From Vulcanimicrobiales bacterium (GTDB lineage: Bacteria; Vulcanimicrobiota; Vulcanimicrobiia; Vulcanimicrobiales; Vulcanimicrobiaceae): DNA of 64,000 nt. Under the pieces are notes generated by a model. The model made no database searches and was not told the origin of the DNA. It worked only from the letters and a program-made list of their open reading frames with translations. The DNA lies in contig JBBQQR010000003.1 of the NCBI GenBank assembly GCA_038215615.1, positions 81,350 to 145,349 on the forward strand, given 5' to 3'. Of this stretch, positions 9,371-19,344 are shown in pieces. Within the stretch, counting starts at the first letter, position 1. Each line of letters opens with the position of its first letter. A program made the position numbers and the translations under genes.

Positions 9371-9411
9371 TATTAAGGCGCCTTTATATTTATCTTAAGG
9401 TTGGATTTAAC
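9371..9411 (-). promoter_or_regulatory. Pho-box-like 11-bp-phased TTAA repeats upstream of porin-pstS
   Basis: TTAA/TTAT at 9373, 9384, 9395 and 9407; TATCTTAAGG at 9391-9400 is identical to 12037-12046. Confidence 0.65.
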
Positions 9412-10216
9412 CGTATCGGCCCGTTATATAATCCTCAGTCCGTTTGTCGGTGGGCTTGAAGAAAATGTCGCGGGTTTTGCCCGTTTCGATCAGCTGCCCC
9501 ATGAGAAAGAACGCCGTGTAGTCGGAGATGCGCGCCGCCTGCTGCATAGAGTGCGTAACGATGACGACGGTATAATCTTTCTTCAAATCGCCGATGAGGT
9601 CTTCGATTTTGCTGGTCGCAATCGGGTCGAGAGCGGATGCCGGCTCGTCCATCACGATGACCTCGGGTTCCACCGCGAGCACGCGTGCGATGCAGAGGCG
9701 CTGCTGCTGTCCACCCGAGAGTGCAAGGGCTGAGAGGTTGAGGCGATCCTTCACCTCGTCCCAAAGCGCCGCGTGGCGCAGGCTGCGTTCGGCCAACTCC
9801 ATCAGCCGTTTCCGCCCGCGGATACCATGGATGCGCAAGCCGTAGACGACGTTTTCGAAAATCGATTTCGGAAACGGATTCGGGCGTTGGAACACCATGC
9901 CTATGCGATGGCGGATAGAAACGGGATCGATGTCCTTAGCGTAGATGTTCTCGCCGTCAAGAATCACCGCGCCCTCGACGCGCACGCCCGGCGTTAGGTC
10001 GTGCATCCGGTTGAGCGCGCGCACGAACGTCGACTTCCCGCACCCCGACGGCCCGATCAGCGCCGTAACACGATTTTCGCGCACGTTGAGTGACGCGTGG
10101 TTGATCGCTTGGACGGACCCGTAATAGACACTCAAGTCTTCCACGCGCAGTTTGGGCGCGGTTTCGGGAAGCGTTTCTCCCCCTGTCCCGGGGCGCATGC
10201 TTATCATCGCATTCAC
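9407..10216 (-). CDS. pstB: phosphate ABC transporter ATPase
   Basis: [41 protein letters not shown]. Confidence 0.97.
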   Translation of the reverse strand: MNAMISMRPGTGGETLPETAPKLRVEDLSVYYGSVQAINHASLNVRENRVTALIGPSGCGKSTFVRALNRMHDLTPGVRVEGAVILDGENIYAKDIDPVSIRHRIGMVFQRPNPFPKSIFENVVYGLRIHGIRGRKRLMELAERSLRHAALWDEVKDRLNLSALALSGGQQQRLCIARVLAVEPEVIVMDEPASALDPIATSKIEDLIGDLKKDYTVVIVTHSMQQAARISDYTAFFLMGQLIETGKTRDIFFKPTDKRTEDYITGRYG

Positions 10217-11118
10217 TTTCCCATGAACCGTTTGCTCAGGCCAAATCCAATCAGACGCGCGCTCATATTGAAGAGAAGCACCATTACGAGCAAGACGAGC
10301 GCCGATCCGTTTCCGACGCGGGCAGCATCAGGCACCAAGCTTTCAGAATGCGTGTACCAGAGGTGCACCGAGAGAGTCTCCGCCTGGTGAAATAAGCCGA
10401 GGTCATAGGCCGATCGTCCGGCCGAGACGCTGACACCAGCTGTGAAAATCAGGGCGGCGGTCTCGCCGAAGATGCGCCCGGCAATGAGAACGATTCCCGT
10501 CGTGAGCGGCGCGATCGCGCTGGGCAGCACGACTTTCCTAATCGTTTGCCACTTGGTGGCGCCCAGCGACATCGACGCTTCGCGTAGCGCTCCGGGCACC
10601 GAAGCCAGCGCCTCTTGCGTCACGCGCATGAGCGCCGGCAGATTCAGCAGCGTCAGCGTCAGTGCGCCGCCGATCGCCGTAAACTTCCAGTGGAACATGG
10701 TCACGAAGACGAGCAGTCCGAAGAGGCCCATGACGATCGAGGGAACAGTCGCCAGCGATTCGGCGCAGAACTGCACGAGCGACGTAAAAAGACCGGGCCG
10801 CGCGTACTCTTGGAGATAAATTCCGCCCGCCATCGCGATCGGTGTCGTAAAGACCAGCGTCAGAATCAAGATGTAGAACGAATTGAAGATTTCGGGTCCG
10901 ATGCCGCCACCGGCTGAAACTTCGCTCGGCGGCGAGGTAAGGAAGTGCCACGAGATCACCGGTAGCCCCAAATAAAAGATGTAGCCGACGAAAAACGCCA
11001 GCAGCACGATGATCGAAAGCGCAGCTGCCCAAAGTACGCCTGTCATGAAGGCATTGGCCGCGCGACGTCGCGCCGTCGTGCTCGCCCGTGCCTGGAAGGT
11101 CGTCGCCACGGTTGCCAT
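10213..11118 (-). CDS. pstA: phosphate ABC transporter permease PstA
   Basis: [34 protein letters not shown]. Confidence 0.95.
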   Translation of the reverse strand: MATVATTFQARASTTARRRAANAFMTGVLWAAALSIIVLLAFFVGYIFYLGLPVISWHFLTSPPSEVSAGGGIGPEIFNSFYILILTLVFTTPIAMAGGIYLQEYARPGLFTSLVQFCAESLATVPSIVMGLFGLLVFVTMFHWKFTAIGGALTLTLLNLPALMRVTQEALASVPGALREASMSLGATKWQTIRKVVLPSAIAPLTTGIVLIAGRIFGETAALIFTAGVSVSAGRSAYDLGLFHQAETLSVHLWYTHSESLVPDAARVGNGSALVLLVMVLLFNMSARLIGFGLSKRFMGK

Positions 11119-12002
11119 CAGACGCTCCGCCTTAACGCCAGACGTACGGCGACTATCAGCACCATCGCGATGAGCAGCAGTAAGAGCGCCATCGAAAAGA
11201 GCGAGTGATAGAGAATCGTGCCTTCCTGCGCACTGCCCATGTCCGTCACGATCTCCGTCGTCAGCGCCGCGGTCGGTGCGAGCAAACCTTTAGGAAGCAC
11301 GGCGCTGTTGCCAATGACCATTTGCACCGCGAGCGCCTCGCCAATCGCGCGGGCGATACCGAGAATCACCGCGACGGTCAGTCCGCTGCGCGCCGCGGGC
11401 AGCAGCACGTTCCAAATCGTTTGCCATCGCGTCGCACCTAGCGACATCGAGCCTTCCTGAATCGCAACCGGAACCGCGCGCAGCGCGTCTTCGGAAAGTG
11501 AAATAACCGTCGGCAAGATCATGATCGACAACACGATGCCCGCAGTCAGCAACCCAAAGCCGGTTTGGCTGCCCACATGTTCGCGGACGAGAGGCACGAG
11601 CAGCGTCAGCCCCAGCCAGCCGTAAACAACCGACGGGATGCCGACCAAAATTTCGATCGCCGGTTTCATCGCGTTTGCCAGGCGCTGAGGTGCTAACAGC
11701 GACAAGAAAATCCCGACTGCCACGCCGAGCGGCCCGCCTACGCCGATCGCAAACAGCGTGATGCTCACAGAACCTATAATAAAGACGAGCGCGCCCGGGT
11801 GCTTCTCATCTGGCGCAAAGTTCGGAGAAAAGAGAAATGTAAGCGGCGAGACGTGGTCCACCAGGAACAGCTGCAGCCCCATGTACGCCAAATAGACGAT
11901 CAGCGCGCCCATGGCGACGATCACAAAAGCGCTCGCCGAAAAAAGAGTCCCTGACGCGATCCGCTCTTCAGCGTGCGCGTATGCGGCCCGGCGCGAGATC
12001 AA
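11118..12002 (-). CDS. pstC: phosphate ABC transporter permease PstC
   Basis: IPSVVYG, IMILPT, ARAIGEALAV; TTG start after AAGGAGG. Confidence 0.95.
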   Translation of the reverse strand: MISRRAAYAHAEERIASGTLFSASAFVIVAMGALIVYLAYMGLQLFLVDHVSPLTFLFSPNFAPDEKHPGALVFIIGSVSITLFAIGVGGPLGVAVGIFLSLLAPQRLANAMKPAIEILVGIPSVVYGWLGLTLLVPLVREHVGSQTGFGLLTAGIVLSIMILPTVISLSEDALRAVPVAIQEGSMSLGATRWQTIWNVLLPAARSGLTVAVILGIARAIGEALAVQMVIGNSAVLPKGLLAPTAALTTEIVTDMGSAQEGTILYHSLFSMALLLLLIAMVLIVAVRLALRRSV

Positions 12003-12018
12003 AGCCTCCTTATGGTAC

Positions 12019-12066
12019 GTAAAGGAAGTCTAAGGTTATCTTAAGGCTATCTTAAGAAGTATTAAG
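12019..12066 (-). promoter_or_regulatory. Pho-box-like direct repeats upstream of pstC
   Basis: TCTAAGGTTAT-CTTAAGGCTAT-CTTAAGAAGTA-TTAAG on the + strand; 11/11/10-bp spacing in an AT-rich gap. Confidence 0.75.
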
Positions 12067-13189
12067 AAACGCGCGCTATCATGGGAATCCGGATCGTGAA
12101 TTGCGTGCCCGCGTCGAGTACCGACTGCACATCAATCGTTCCTCCGTGCGTTTCGACGATCTGTTTTACGATGGAAAGGCCTAAACCGGCGCCGCTAATT
12201 CCGCGCGCCCGCGAGCGGTCCGCCACGAAAAATCGCTCGAAGATAAACGGCAGATCTTTGTACGGAATGCCGATGCCCGTATCGGAAAGAACGATACGCG
12301 CATAGCCGTCCTCGACGCCGAGATCTACCGTCACAGCCCCGCCTTCGGGCGTGAATCGCAGGCCGTTGTCAATCAGGTTCACGAGAATCTGGGAGAGCTG
12401 CTGTTCGTCGGCTTCCACGACGACCGGGCGATGCGCGCGCAATTCGAGCGATATCTCCTTCGCGGCCGCCTGTTGCTCGAACGAGCGCAGCGCCGAACGC
12501 GCCACCCCCTCGAGATCGACCTCCTGGATGCGCAGCGCCGGAGTGCCCGACTCCGCACGCGCCTGTTCCAAAAAGCGCTGCACGAGCGATGAGAGCCGAT
12601 CGATCTCCGCAAGCGCCTGCGGAAGAAAATACGCGCTCGCGTCGTCATCACCGCCTGCGACGAGCGTTTCGAGCATGAGTTTTACTGATGAAAGCGGAGT
12701 GCGCAGTTCGTGCGAAACGTTTGAAAGAAACTCTTGACGCGTTCGCTCTAAAGCCAATCGCTCGGTTTGATCTTCCGCGATGACGAGCGCGCCGGATATC
12801 TCGCCACTCTGCTCGTCGTCGCCGCGCAGCCCCGTTCGCAGGGGGTAGATCGAGACCGCATAACTGCGGTCGGTGCGTTTCCCGGAGACGATCAGCGGAG
12901 CCGCCGCCAAGGCTTCGCCGCCCAGCACGCCGTCGACGCGCCGCTCGAGTTCTATCGACGGAATGACTTCGATCAGATGCAGACCCTTTGCACGCGAACG
13001 GTCGAACCCGAAGATCGCTGCCGCCGCTCGATTGGCAAACCGCAAACGCTTAGTGCGCCGTAGCATCATGACCCCGAGCGGCAACGCCCGCACGAGCGCG
13101 TCGAAGCGATCGTCGAGGCGCGCTTCGTTACGTTCGGCGTCCTCCGGCTGCGGTTCGGGCGACGCGCGCGATCGTCTGAACCAGCGGAT
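12062..13189 (-). CDS. phoR: PhoR-like sensor kinase (PAS-HisKA-HATPase), no evident TM helix
   Basis: [29 protein letters not shown]. The frame is open upstream of GTG 13093 to an ATC at 13189, 7 nt after AAGGAG; start is uncertain. Confidence 0.88.
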   Translation of the reverse strand: MRWFRRSRASPEPQPEDAERNEARLDDRFDALVRALPLGVMMLRRTKRLRFANRAAAAIFGFDRSRAKGLHLIEVIPSIELERRVDGVLGGEALAAAPLIVSGKRTDRSYAVSIYPLRTGLRGDDEQSGEISGALVIAEDQTERLALERTRQEFLSNVSHELRTPLSSVKLMLETLVAGGDDDASAYFLPQALAEIDRLSSLVQRFLEQARAESGTPALRIQEVDLEGVARSALRSFEQQAAAKEISLELRAHRPVVVEADEQQLSQILVNLIDNGLRFTPEGGAVTVDLGVEDGYARIVLSDTGIGIPYKDLPFIFERFFVADRSRARGISGAGLGLSIVKQIVETHGGTIDVQSVLDAGTQFTIRIPMIARVS

Positions 13190-13193
13190 GCTC

Positions 13194-13928
13194 TTACTCC
13201 TTGAAGATGTAGCCGCGGCTGCGCACGGTCACGATATGGCGCGGACTGCGCGCGTCTTCTTCAATTTTTTCGCGCAGCCAGCGGACGTGGACGCTGACGG
13301 TTTGCTGCTCGCCTTCGAAGTCGTAGCCCCATACCTTATCGAGCAATATCTGGCGCGTGACGACGCGGCCGTGATTTTCCATCAGCGCACGGAGCAGCGC
13401 AAACTCCTTCGGTGCCAGCGCGACTTCTTTGCCGCGCACCGTCACGTGCTGGCGCGACGGATCCAGCACGATGCCGCCCAGCACGATTGCCTGATCGCGA
13501 TCCGGTTTCGGCGGAGTAGGGCGCCGCAGCCGCGCTTTAACCCGCGCGAGAAATTCGTGCAGCGCAAATGGCTTGGTGACGTAATCGTCCGCCCCGAGCT
13601 CCAAGGCCAGCACCTTGTCGATTTCCTGATCCTTTGCGGTCAGCATGATAATGGGAACGGAACTCGTCTTGCGGATTTCCTTGCAGGCTTCCATGCCGTC
13701 GAGAACCGGCAGCATGATATCCAAGACAATAAGGTCCGGCTCTTCGTTTTGCGCCATCGCGATCGCGGTGCGACCGTCGCTTGCGGTCAAAACTTCGTAG
13801 CCGCTGCGCTCGAGATTGTACCGCAGCGTTTGCAATATCGCAGCCTCATCGTCAACGACGAGGATTTTTTTGTTGAAGTCGGGATGCTTGTTGAAGCTTC
13901 CCCGTTTGGTCGGCAGAGTAGTGCTCAT
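13194..13928 (-). CDS. phoB: OmpR/PhoB-family response regulator
   Basis: ILVVDDE, LDIMLP, GADDYVTKPF, C-terminal wHTH; heads the pho/pst operon. Confidence 0.9.
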   Translation of the reverse strand: MSTTLPTKRGSFNKHPDFNKKILVVDDEAAILQTLRYNLERSGYEVLTASDGRTAIAMAQNEEPDLIVLDIMLPVLDGMEACKEIRKTSSVPIIMLTAKDQEIDKVLALELGADDYVTKPFALHEFLARVKARLRRPTPPKPDRDQAIVLGGIVLDPSRQHVTVRGKEVALAPKEFALLRALMENHGRVVTRQILLDKVWGYDFEGEQQTVSVHVRWLREKIEEDARSPRHIVTVRSRGYIFKE

Positions 13929-13992
13929 CCTAGTCTCCGGCATGATTTGGCGGCCCTCAATCCAATCTTCCTTTAGGCAAGGGGGAGCGAGC

Positions 13993-14901
13993 ATGCTAGC
14001 ACCGGTCCGCCGACCGACATTTGACGAACTGAACCTTTCGACCGGAAAGCGCGTGCGGCTGCATCGTTTTATGTACGAGCACGGTCCGGCCAACGGCACG
14101 CTGATGCTTCTGCCGATCGATCAGGGACTCGAACACGGCCCGATTGACTTCTTCAGCAACCCGGAATCCATCGATACCGACTGGATCTACCGCCTGGCGG
14201 TCGCGGGCAATTTCTCGGGTATCGCGCTGCATGTCGGGCTGGCCGAGAAGTACCACAAGCCGTATGCCGGCAAAGTTCCGCTGATCCTCAAGATCAACGG
14301 CAAAACGAACGTTCCCAGCGACGACGAAGCCTTCAGTTCGCTGACGGCATCGGTCGAAGACGCGGTGCGCCTGGGTGCGGATGGGGTCGGGTACACGCTC
14401 TACGTCGGAAGTCCGGCGCAAGACGTGGATATCGCGCAGTGCGGCGAAGTGCGCCGCGACTGCGAGCGTTACGGTATGCCGCTGGTCATTTGGGCCTATC
14501 CGCGCGGTTCGGGGATCAAAGCCAAGGGCGGTATCGATTCGCTCTACGCCGTCGACTATGCGGCGCGCGTAGCATGCGAAATGGGCGCCGACGTCATCAA
14601 ACTCAACGTGCCGAAGTGGGATGCCGCCACGGCCAAAGCGGAGCCGAAACCCTACGACACGCTGGAGTTGTCAGAGCTCGATGGACTGCGCAAAGTCGTG
14701 AAGTCGGCCGGACGCTCTCTCGTATTGGTTTCAGGCGGAAGCAAAATGGGCGACGAGGATACTATTCACAAAGCGCAGATCGCGATGGAAGCCGGCTGCG
14801 TGGGTTTGATCTTCGGACGCAACATGTGGCAGAGGGATTGGGACGATGCGCTGTTGGTTGCCGGGAAAATGCACGGACTGATGAAAGGTTATGGCCAGTA
14901 A
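13993..14901 (+). CDS. class I fructose-bisphosphate aldolase (DhnA/FbaB family)
   Basis: LPIDQGLEHGP, GYTLYVGS, WAYPRG, GADVIK, FGRNMWQ. Confidence 0.9.
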   Translation: MLAPVRRPTFDELNLSTGKRVRLHRFMYEHGPANGTLMLLPIDQGLEHGPIDFFSNPESIDTDWIYRLAVAGNFSGIALHVGLAEKYHKPYAGKVPLILKINGKTNVPSDDEAFSSLTASVEDAVRLGADGVGYTLYVGSPAQDVDIAQCGEVRRDCERYGMPLVIWAYPRGSGIKAKGGIDSLYAVDYAARVACEMGADVIKLNVPKWDAATAKAEPKPYDTLELSELDGLRKVVKSAGRSLVLVSGGSKMGDEDTIHKAQIAMEAGCVGLIFGRNMWQRDWDDALLVAGKMHGLMKGYGQ

Positions 14902-15124
14902 CAGCCTCGAGGAGCGCGTCAACATCGCGCTCGACAAAGTCCGCCCCGGCATACATATGGACGGCGGCGAAGTCTGGCTCATCAAAGTCGAAAACGAAAC
15001 CGCATTCGTGCAAATGCTCGGCGCGTGCGGGGGATGTCCCGCGTCAAACATGACGTTAAAGGGCGCGATCGAACAGGTCGTTTGCGCCGACGTTCCGGAG
15101 ATAAAGGAAGTCGTCCAGGTCTAG
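14891..15124 (+). CDS. NifU/NfuA-type Fe-S carrier
   Basis: VRPGIHMDGG...GACGGCPAS. Confidence 0.9.
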   Translation: MASNSLEERVNIALDKVRPGIHMDGGEVWLIKVENETAFVQMLGACGGCPASNMTLKGAIEQVVCADVPEIKEVVQV

Positions 15125-15378
15125 GCGGCGTGCCCAAAGGCTCCGGCGAGCCCTAAATTGTGCTCGTTCGCAAAGCGCGTTGCGAGCGCAACCGACTCGT
15201 CGTCGACGTCTATGATTTCGATGCCGACGATTTCACCCTGAGCATCGTAATCCACGTTTACCGAACCTTCGTCGTCCAGGCTAGTCGTTGGCCGAACTAT
15301 GTTTCCATAACTGTAGCGGAGGTATAGGCAGACAACCCCGCTGTCAGAACTACGCTCGACGTCGACAACCGACCTCAT
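15121..15378 (-). CDS. DUF2283-like protein (putative antitoxin)
   Basis: LYLRY...VNVDYDAQGEIVGIEI; acidic; overlaps the upstream small basic ORF by 4 nt. Confidence 0.75.
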   Translation of the reverse strand: MRSVVDVERSSDSGVVCLYLRYSYGNIVRPTTSLDDEGSVNVDYDAQGEIVGIEIIDVDDESVALATRFANEHNLGLAGAFGHAA

Positions 15379-15605
15379 CTGTGTTCACTCCGCCAGGCCA
15401 CAGTAAAAACGATGATTTTCCCGTTCCGGAGCCGCTCAACGGTTACTCGGATAGCCGCGGCCCCTTGTCCTCCCCAGAGATTACGTCGTCCGTTCTTCCC
15501 CGGCAACTCGAGGCTCCAGTTTCGAACCACGTCGTAAACTTCTTGAGGCGATATTCCCCGTTCCCTCATTTGCCGGCGCGCATGAGGAGTAAAGATAATT
15601 CGCAT
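15375..15605 (-). CDS. DUF4258-like protein (putative RelE/BrnT-fold toxin)
   Basis: FTPHARRQMRERGIS...IIVFTV; 76 aa, basic. Confidence 0.75.
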   Translation of the reverse strand: MRIIFTPHARRQMRERGISPQEVYDVVRNWSLELPGKNGRRNLWGGQGAAAIRVTVERLRNGKIIVFTVAWRSEHR

Positions 15606-15685
15606 GCATATCGATCACGCGATCGCAGCTGGCTGGAAAGGGTGGCAAAATCATCAAATCTGTCCGGCTCTCTCTGTCCGGCTTT

Positions 15686-16615
15686 CTAGGATGGTGCCCA
15701 GAACCGCGGCCACTCGAGAGAGATTGCCGCTTCGTATAGCCGTTCGATATCCTCAGCGCCGAAAAGCATGCTAGCCTTGCCGTGCACTTTCGCGCGCAAA
15801 ACGGCCTGATTGCGGCGGAGCAGCCGGTCGATAAACATCCCTTCCGGCAGCCAATCCGATTTAGCGCTGTTGCATTCGGCACAACTCAGCACTAAGTCCC
15901 AGATGGGATCTTCGAGCAGGAAACTCCACGGGATAACATGATCGACAACTGCGCCGCGAGCGTCTTCGAGGCCCTCGCCGCAGTAGAAACACGCCTGTGG
16001 ACTATCCTCGGTTAGAATTCTGAGATATGGAACGAGTGAGCCGCGCCGGGCCCCATCTCGAGAAACTTTTTGAATGATTTTTGGAGCAAGCCGATTACAG
16101 CCTTCAAGAAACGTCGCCCAATGATAGTTAGCTATGAGCTCTAACACGCCACTATTTTCGCGCAGAAACTTGTGAGCTTCCGCGCTGAGGGCGATCCGCG
16201 CTTCGCCTTTGCTCCAATCGAAAAGTCGCGGCATACCGGCCGGCTTGCTCGCATGGAAAGCCGCCAACACATTGATTGTCAGAATCCCGGCCATTCTTGC
16301 GCGGATTTTACTCCTGCCGGCCTCCGGCAGATCGGGAAAACTTCTCATTCCATAATCACTTGCGATTCGGGAAATGAGTCGAATGACTTCGGCCTCACGA
16401 CTAACCGATGCAGCTTGACGCAGGTGATAGACGACCACCTGGTTCCAATACATCCTCGCAAATTCTTCGCCGAGATCTTCGAGCGAAATCGCTAAATTGT
16501 CGGACCGTTTGGCGATTCGCGCCAAAGCCTTTAACAGTGCCGGTTTGTAAGTTGCGGACATGACGGCATGCCGCATCAGCGCGACTATGTCTGAAACAAG
16601 AAAGATCGCAGTCAC
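15686..16615 (-). CDS. HNH endonuclease with helical N-terminal domain (putative restriction/defence)
   Basis: CFYC...DHVIPW...CAECNSAKSD; N-terminal TYKPALLKAL...YW motif. Confidence 0.82.
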   Translation of the reverse strand: MTAIFLVSDIVALMRHAVMSATYKPALLKALARIAKRSDNLAISLEDLGEEFARMYWNQVVVYHLRQAASVSREAEVIRLISRIASDYGMRSFPDLPEAGRSKIRARMAGILTINVLAAFHASKPAGMPRLFDWSKGEARIALSAEAHKFLRENSGVLELIANYHWATFLEGCNRLAPKIIQKVSRDGARRGSLVPYLRILTEDSPQACFYCGEGLEDARGAVVDHVIPWSFLLEDPIWDLVLSCAECNSAKSDWLPEGMFIDRLLRRNQAVLRAKVHGKASMLFGAEDIERLYEAAISLEWPRFWAPS

Positions 16616-16616
16616 T

Positions 16617-17456
16617 TCAGAGTGGCGGAATCGACCGAAGCCACGCTTCGTTTTTTTGTTCTGCGGCGACGCGCGCGCGAACGGCTGGAATGAGCGGCGT
16701 ACCTAGCGCCATTCGCAACGAACGAATTTCTTGCGCTTTCCGCGTGTCCCGTTCTCTCCACGCCTGCGACGCGAGCTCCGGCCACAAGCACACGCTGCCG
16801 GAGATGCAGCCGGCAAAGCCTTCGGAAATAACCTCCGGCAGCAGTTCTTCCGAGCCCGGCAGAATGGCGAATTCCGGGTAGCGCGTATGCAGCTCGCGTT
16901 CGAGCGCAAGATCGTTCGAGCTGTCCTTCATGCCGCCGATAATTCCGGGGAATTGCGCCAGCAGCCGACCCACGAGGCCGGCATGAAACGTAATGCCGCT
17001 CATTCGCGGAAAGTTATACAAGAAGACCGCGCCCGCGGGCGGTTCCGTGCGTTGAAATAGCGCGTCAAAGAATTGCACGACGCCGTCTTCCGAAATATCC
17101 CGATAATAGAACGGCGGGATGATCAGCGCTGCGTTGAAGCCGAACCGGAATGCGGCGCGCGTGAGCGATACGGCATCATGCAGTGCCGTCGCTCCGGTCC
17201 CCACCATGAGCCGTTCGCGCGGCAGATCGCGCGCAACCGTTTCCATGAACTGCAGCCGGTGCGAAACGGATAACGACATCGCCTCGCCGGTCGTACCTAA
17301 AATGTTGAGCCCGTCGCACCCACGAGCCAGCAGCGAGCGATAATAAGGGAGCGCGAGCACCACATCGGGTTTGTGATCCCGACCGAAAGGCGTTAGTGTG
17401 GCTGAATAGATGCCGTGAATGCGACGATCTCGTGTTTTTCGCGGTGGTTTGTCCAA
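16617..17456 (-). CDS. dihydrodipicolinate synthase (DapA/NanA) family lyase
   Basis: LGTTGE, PPFYY, LYNFP, GMKDSS; start uncertain (overlaps the upstream gene). Confidence 0.85.
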   Translation of the reverse strand: MDKPPRKTRDRRIHGIYSATLTPFGRDHKPDVVLALPYYRSLLARGCDGLNILGTTGEAMSLSVSHRLQFMETVARDLPRERLMVGTGATALHDAVSLTRAAFRFGFNAALIIPPFYYRDISEDGVVQFFDALFQRTEPPAGAVFLYNFPRMSGITFHAGLVGRLLAQFPGIIGGMKDSSNDLALERELHTRYPEFAILPGSEELLPEVISEGFAGCISGSVCLWPELASQAWRERDTRKAQEIRSLRMALGTPLIPAVRARVAAEQKNEAWLRSIPPL

Positions 17457-18052
17457 AAGCGGCGCCCGTCCCAGGCCAGCCCGCGCGCCTTGAACGGCAC
17501 GCGCGCGACGTCCTCCGCAACGGCGTGGCCGTTGCGCGCGTCGATGCGTGTCAAGAAATAGTCGTCCTGCTCTTCGTCGTCGGTCGTCATCAAGTAGAAG
17601 CAGCCTTCAACGATCACCAGTCCGCAGATATCATGCGGCGTCGGGATCGTCGTGCCTGGATGGCCGGCATCGTCGAGCGAGATGATCTTGCGGTTGTAAA
17701 ACTGGCTGACATAAAGCAGGTCGCCGTCATAGCCCAAAAACGAACCGGTGTCGCCGGGGCACGGGATCGCGCCTTCTTTCTTAAAGCCATGGCCCGGCAC
17801 AAACTTGCGAATGATACGGTGATCCTCGTCGGTTTCACCGCATACGACGCGCAATTCGTCGCCGAGCGCCGTCATGCCATACGGTTTCCCCGGCGCTTGA
17901 CTCTCCTCGCGCACGCTCCACGTGCGCGAATCGATCGCGTAGATCCGTTGGGTTTCGCGCGATCCCACCCACAGCAACTCGCCGTCGAACGCGATCCCAT
18001 GTGGCGCGGGAGCCGGGGAGGGCCTCCGCGAGACTTCTTCTATTGTTTCCAC
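17393..18052 (-). CDS. small beta-propeller protein (glutaminyl-cyclase/YncE-like repeats)
   Basis: Repeated GIAFDGELLWV / LGYDGDLLYV / GLAWDGRRFW blades; GTG start at 18052. Confidence 0.7.
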   Translation of the reverse strand: METIEEVSRRPSPAPAPHGIAFDGELLWVGSRETQRIYAIDSRTWSVREESQAPGKPYGMTALGDELRVVCGETDEDHRIIRKFVPGHGFKKEGAIPCPGDTGSFLGYDGDLLYVSQFYNRKIISLDDAGHPGTTIPTPHDICGLVIVEGCFYLMTTDDEEQDDYFLTRIDARNGHAVAEDVARVPFKARGLAWDGRRFWTNHREKHEIVAFTASIQPH

Positions 18053-18053
18053 G

Positions 18054-19325
18054 CTACGGGTAGAGTCCGCGAAGTTTGGTTGCTTCGGCCACGCGCGCGA
18101 CGGCAACAGCATAGGCGCCGCGGCGCATATCGATTCCGTGGCGCTGCGACTGATCGTGCGTTTCATTGAACGCGCGCACCATCTTGCGCTTGAGGCGCTC
18201 GTTGATTTCGTCTTCTTCCCAGAAGTTTTCTTGGAGATCTTGAACCCATTCGAAATACGAAACACTGACGCCGCCGGCGTTGGCCAGAATGTCGGGCAGT
18301 ACCATGATGCCGCGTTCGAAGAGAATCGCGTCCGCGTCGGGCATCGTCGGACCGTTAGCCGCTTCAGCCACAATTTTGGCCCGAATGCGCGCCGCGTTAT
18401 CCTTGGTGATTACTTTTTCGAGCGCGGCCGGAACGAGCACGTCGCAATCGTATTCGAGCACTTCTTTATTGTTGATCCGCTCGCCGCCGGTGAACCCGAC
18501 GACTGAGCCCGTTTCAGCTTTGTGAGCCATGATGCCGGCTACGTCGAGGCCCTTCGGATTGGCGACTCCGCCTTTCGAATCCGTCACGGCGACAATGGAA
18601 TATCCGCGCTGCGACATGAGCTCGGCGGCGTACATGCCGGCGTTTCCAAAACCTTGTACGGCAACGCGCGCGCCTTCGATGGCCAAGCCGAGCGTCCGCA
18701 TGGCTTCGTCGACCACGAAGAGGCAACCGCGCGCGGTTGCTTTGTCGCGCCCGAGCGATCCCCCGATCGCGATTGGTTTGCCGGTGACGACGCCGGGCAC
18801 GGAGTAGCCTTTCTGCATCGAAAAGGTGTCCATGATCCACGCCATGATCTGGGGCGTCGTGTAGACGTCGGGCGCGGGAATATCTTTTTCGGGGCCGATG
18901 ATGATAGAAATCTCGCTCGTAAAGCGCCGCGTGAGATTCTCTAATTCTTGCATCGACATCGTACGCGGGTCGCAGATGACGCCGCCCTTGGCTCCGCCGA
19001 ATGGAATATTGACGAGCGCGCACTTCCAGGTCATCCACATCGCCAGCGCTTTGACTTCGTCCAGCGTCACATCCGGGTGGAAGCGAATGCCGCCCTTGGT
19101 CGGCCCGCGCGACATGTTGTGCTGCACGCGAAAGCCTTTGAAAATCTTGGTCGGGCCGGTATCCATACGTACCGGCACGGATACTTCTAGAATCCGTTTG
19201 GGCTCGCGCAAAAATCCGTGCATCGATTCGTTCAGCCCGATCAACCGCGCCACGTCGTCGAGCTGGTGCTGAGCCATCTGCCACACATTTTCGGATGACG
19301 AAACGGCAGAGAGATCCAAGGTCAT
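18054..19325 (-). CDS. gdhA: Glu/Leu/Phe/Val dehydrogenase (probable glutamate dehydrogenase)
   Basis: GPTKGGIRFHP, GGAKGG, DIPAPDV, VQGFGNAG, NAGGVSVSYFEW. Confidence 0.93.
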   Translation of the reverse strand: MTLDLSAVSSSENVWQMAQHQLDDVARLIGLNESMHGFLREPKRILEVSVPVRMDTGPTKIFKGFRVQHNMSRGPTKGGIRFHPDVTLDEVKALAMWMTWKCALVNIPFGGAKGGVICDPRTMSMQELENLTRRFTSEISIIIGPEKDIPAPDVYTTPQIMAWIMDTFSMQKGYSVPGVVTGKPIAIGGSLGRDKATARGCLFVVDEAMRTLGLAIEGARVAVQGFGNAGMYAAELMSQRGYSIVAVTDSKGGVANPKGLDVAGIMAHKAETGSVVGFTGGERINNKEVLEYDCDVLVPAALEKVITKDNAARIRAKIVAEAANGPTMPDADAILFERGIMVLPDILANAGGVSVSYFEWVQDLQENFWEEDEINERLKRKMVRAFNETHDQSQRHGIDMRRGAYAVAVARVAEATKLRGLYP

Positions 19326-19344
19326 GCTTTTAGAGCCTCCAGAA

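Noticed and set aside
15686..16615. HNH protein as Cas9/IscB or homing endonuclease
   Set aside because: Only 309 aa, with no RuvC motifs and no array, intron or IS ends.
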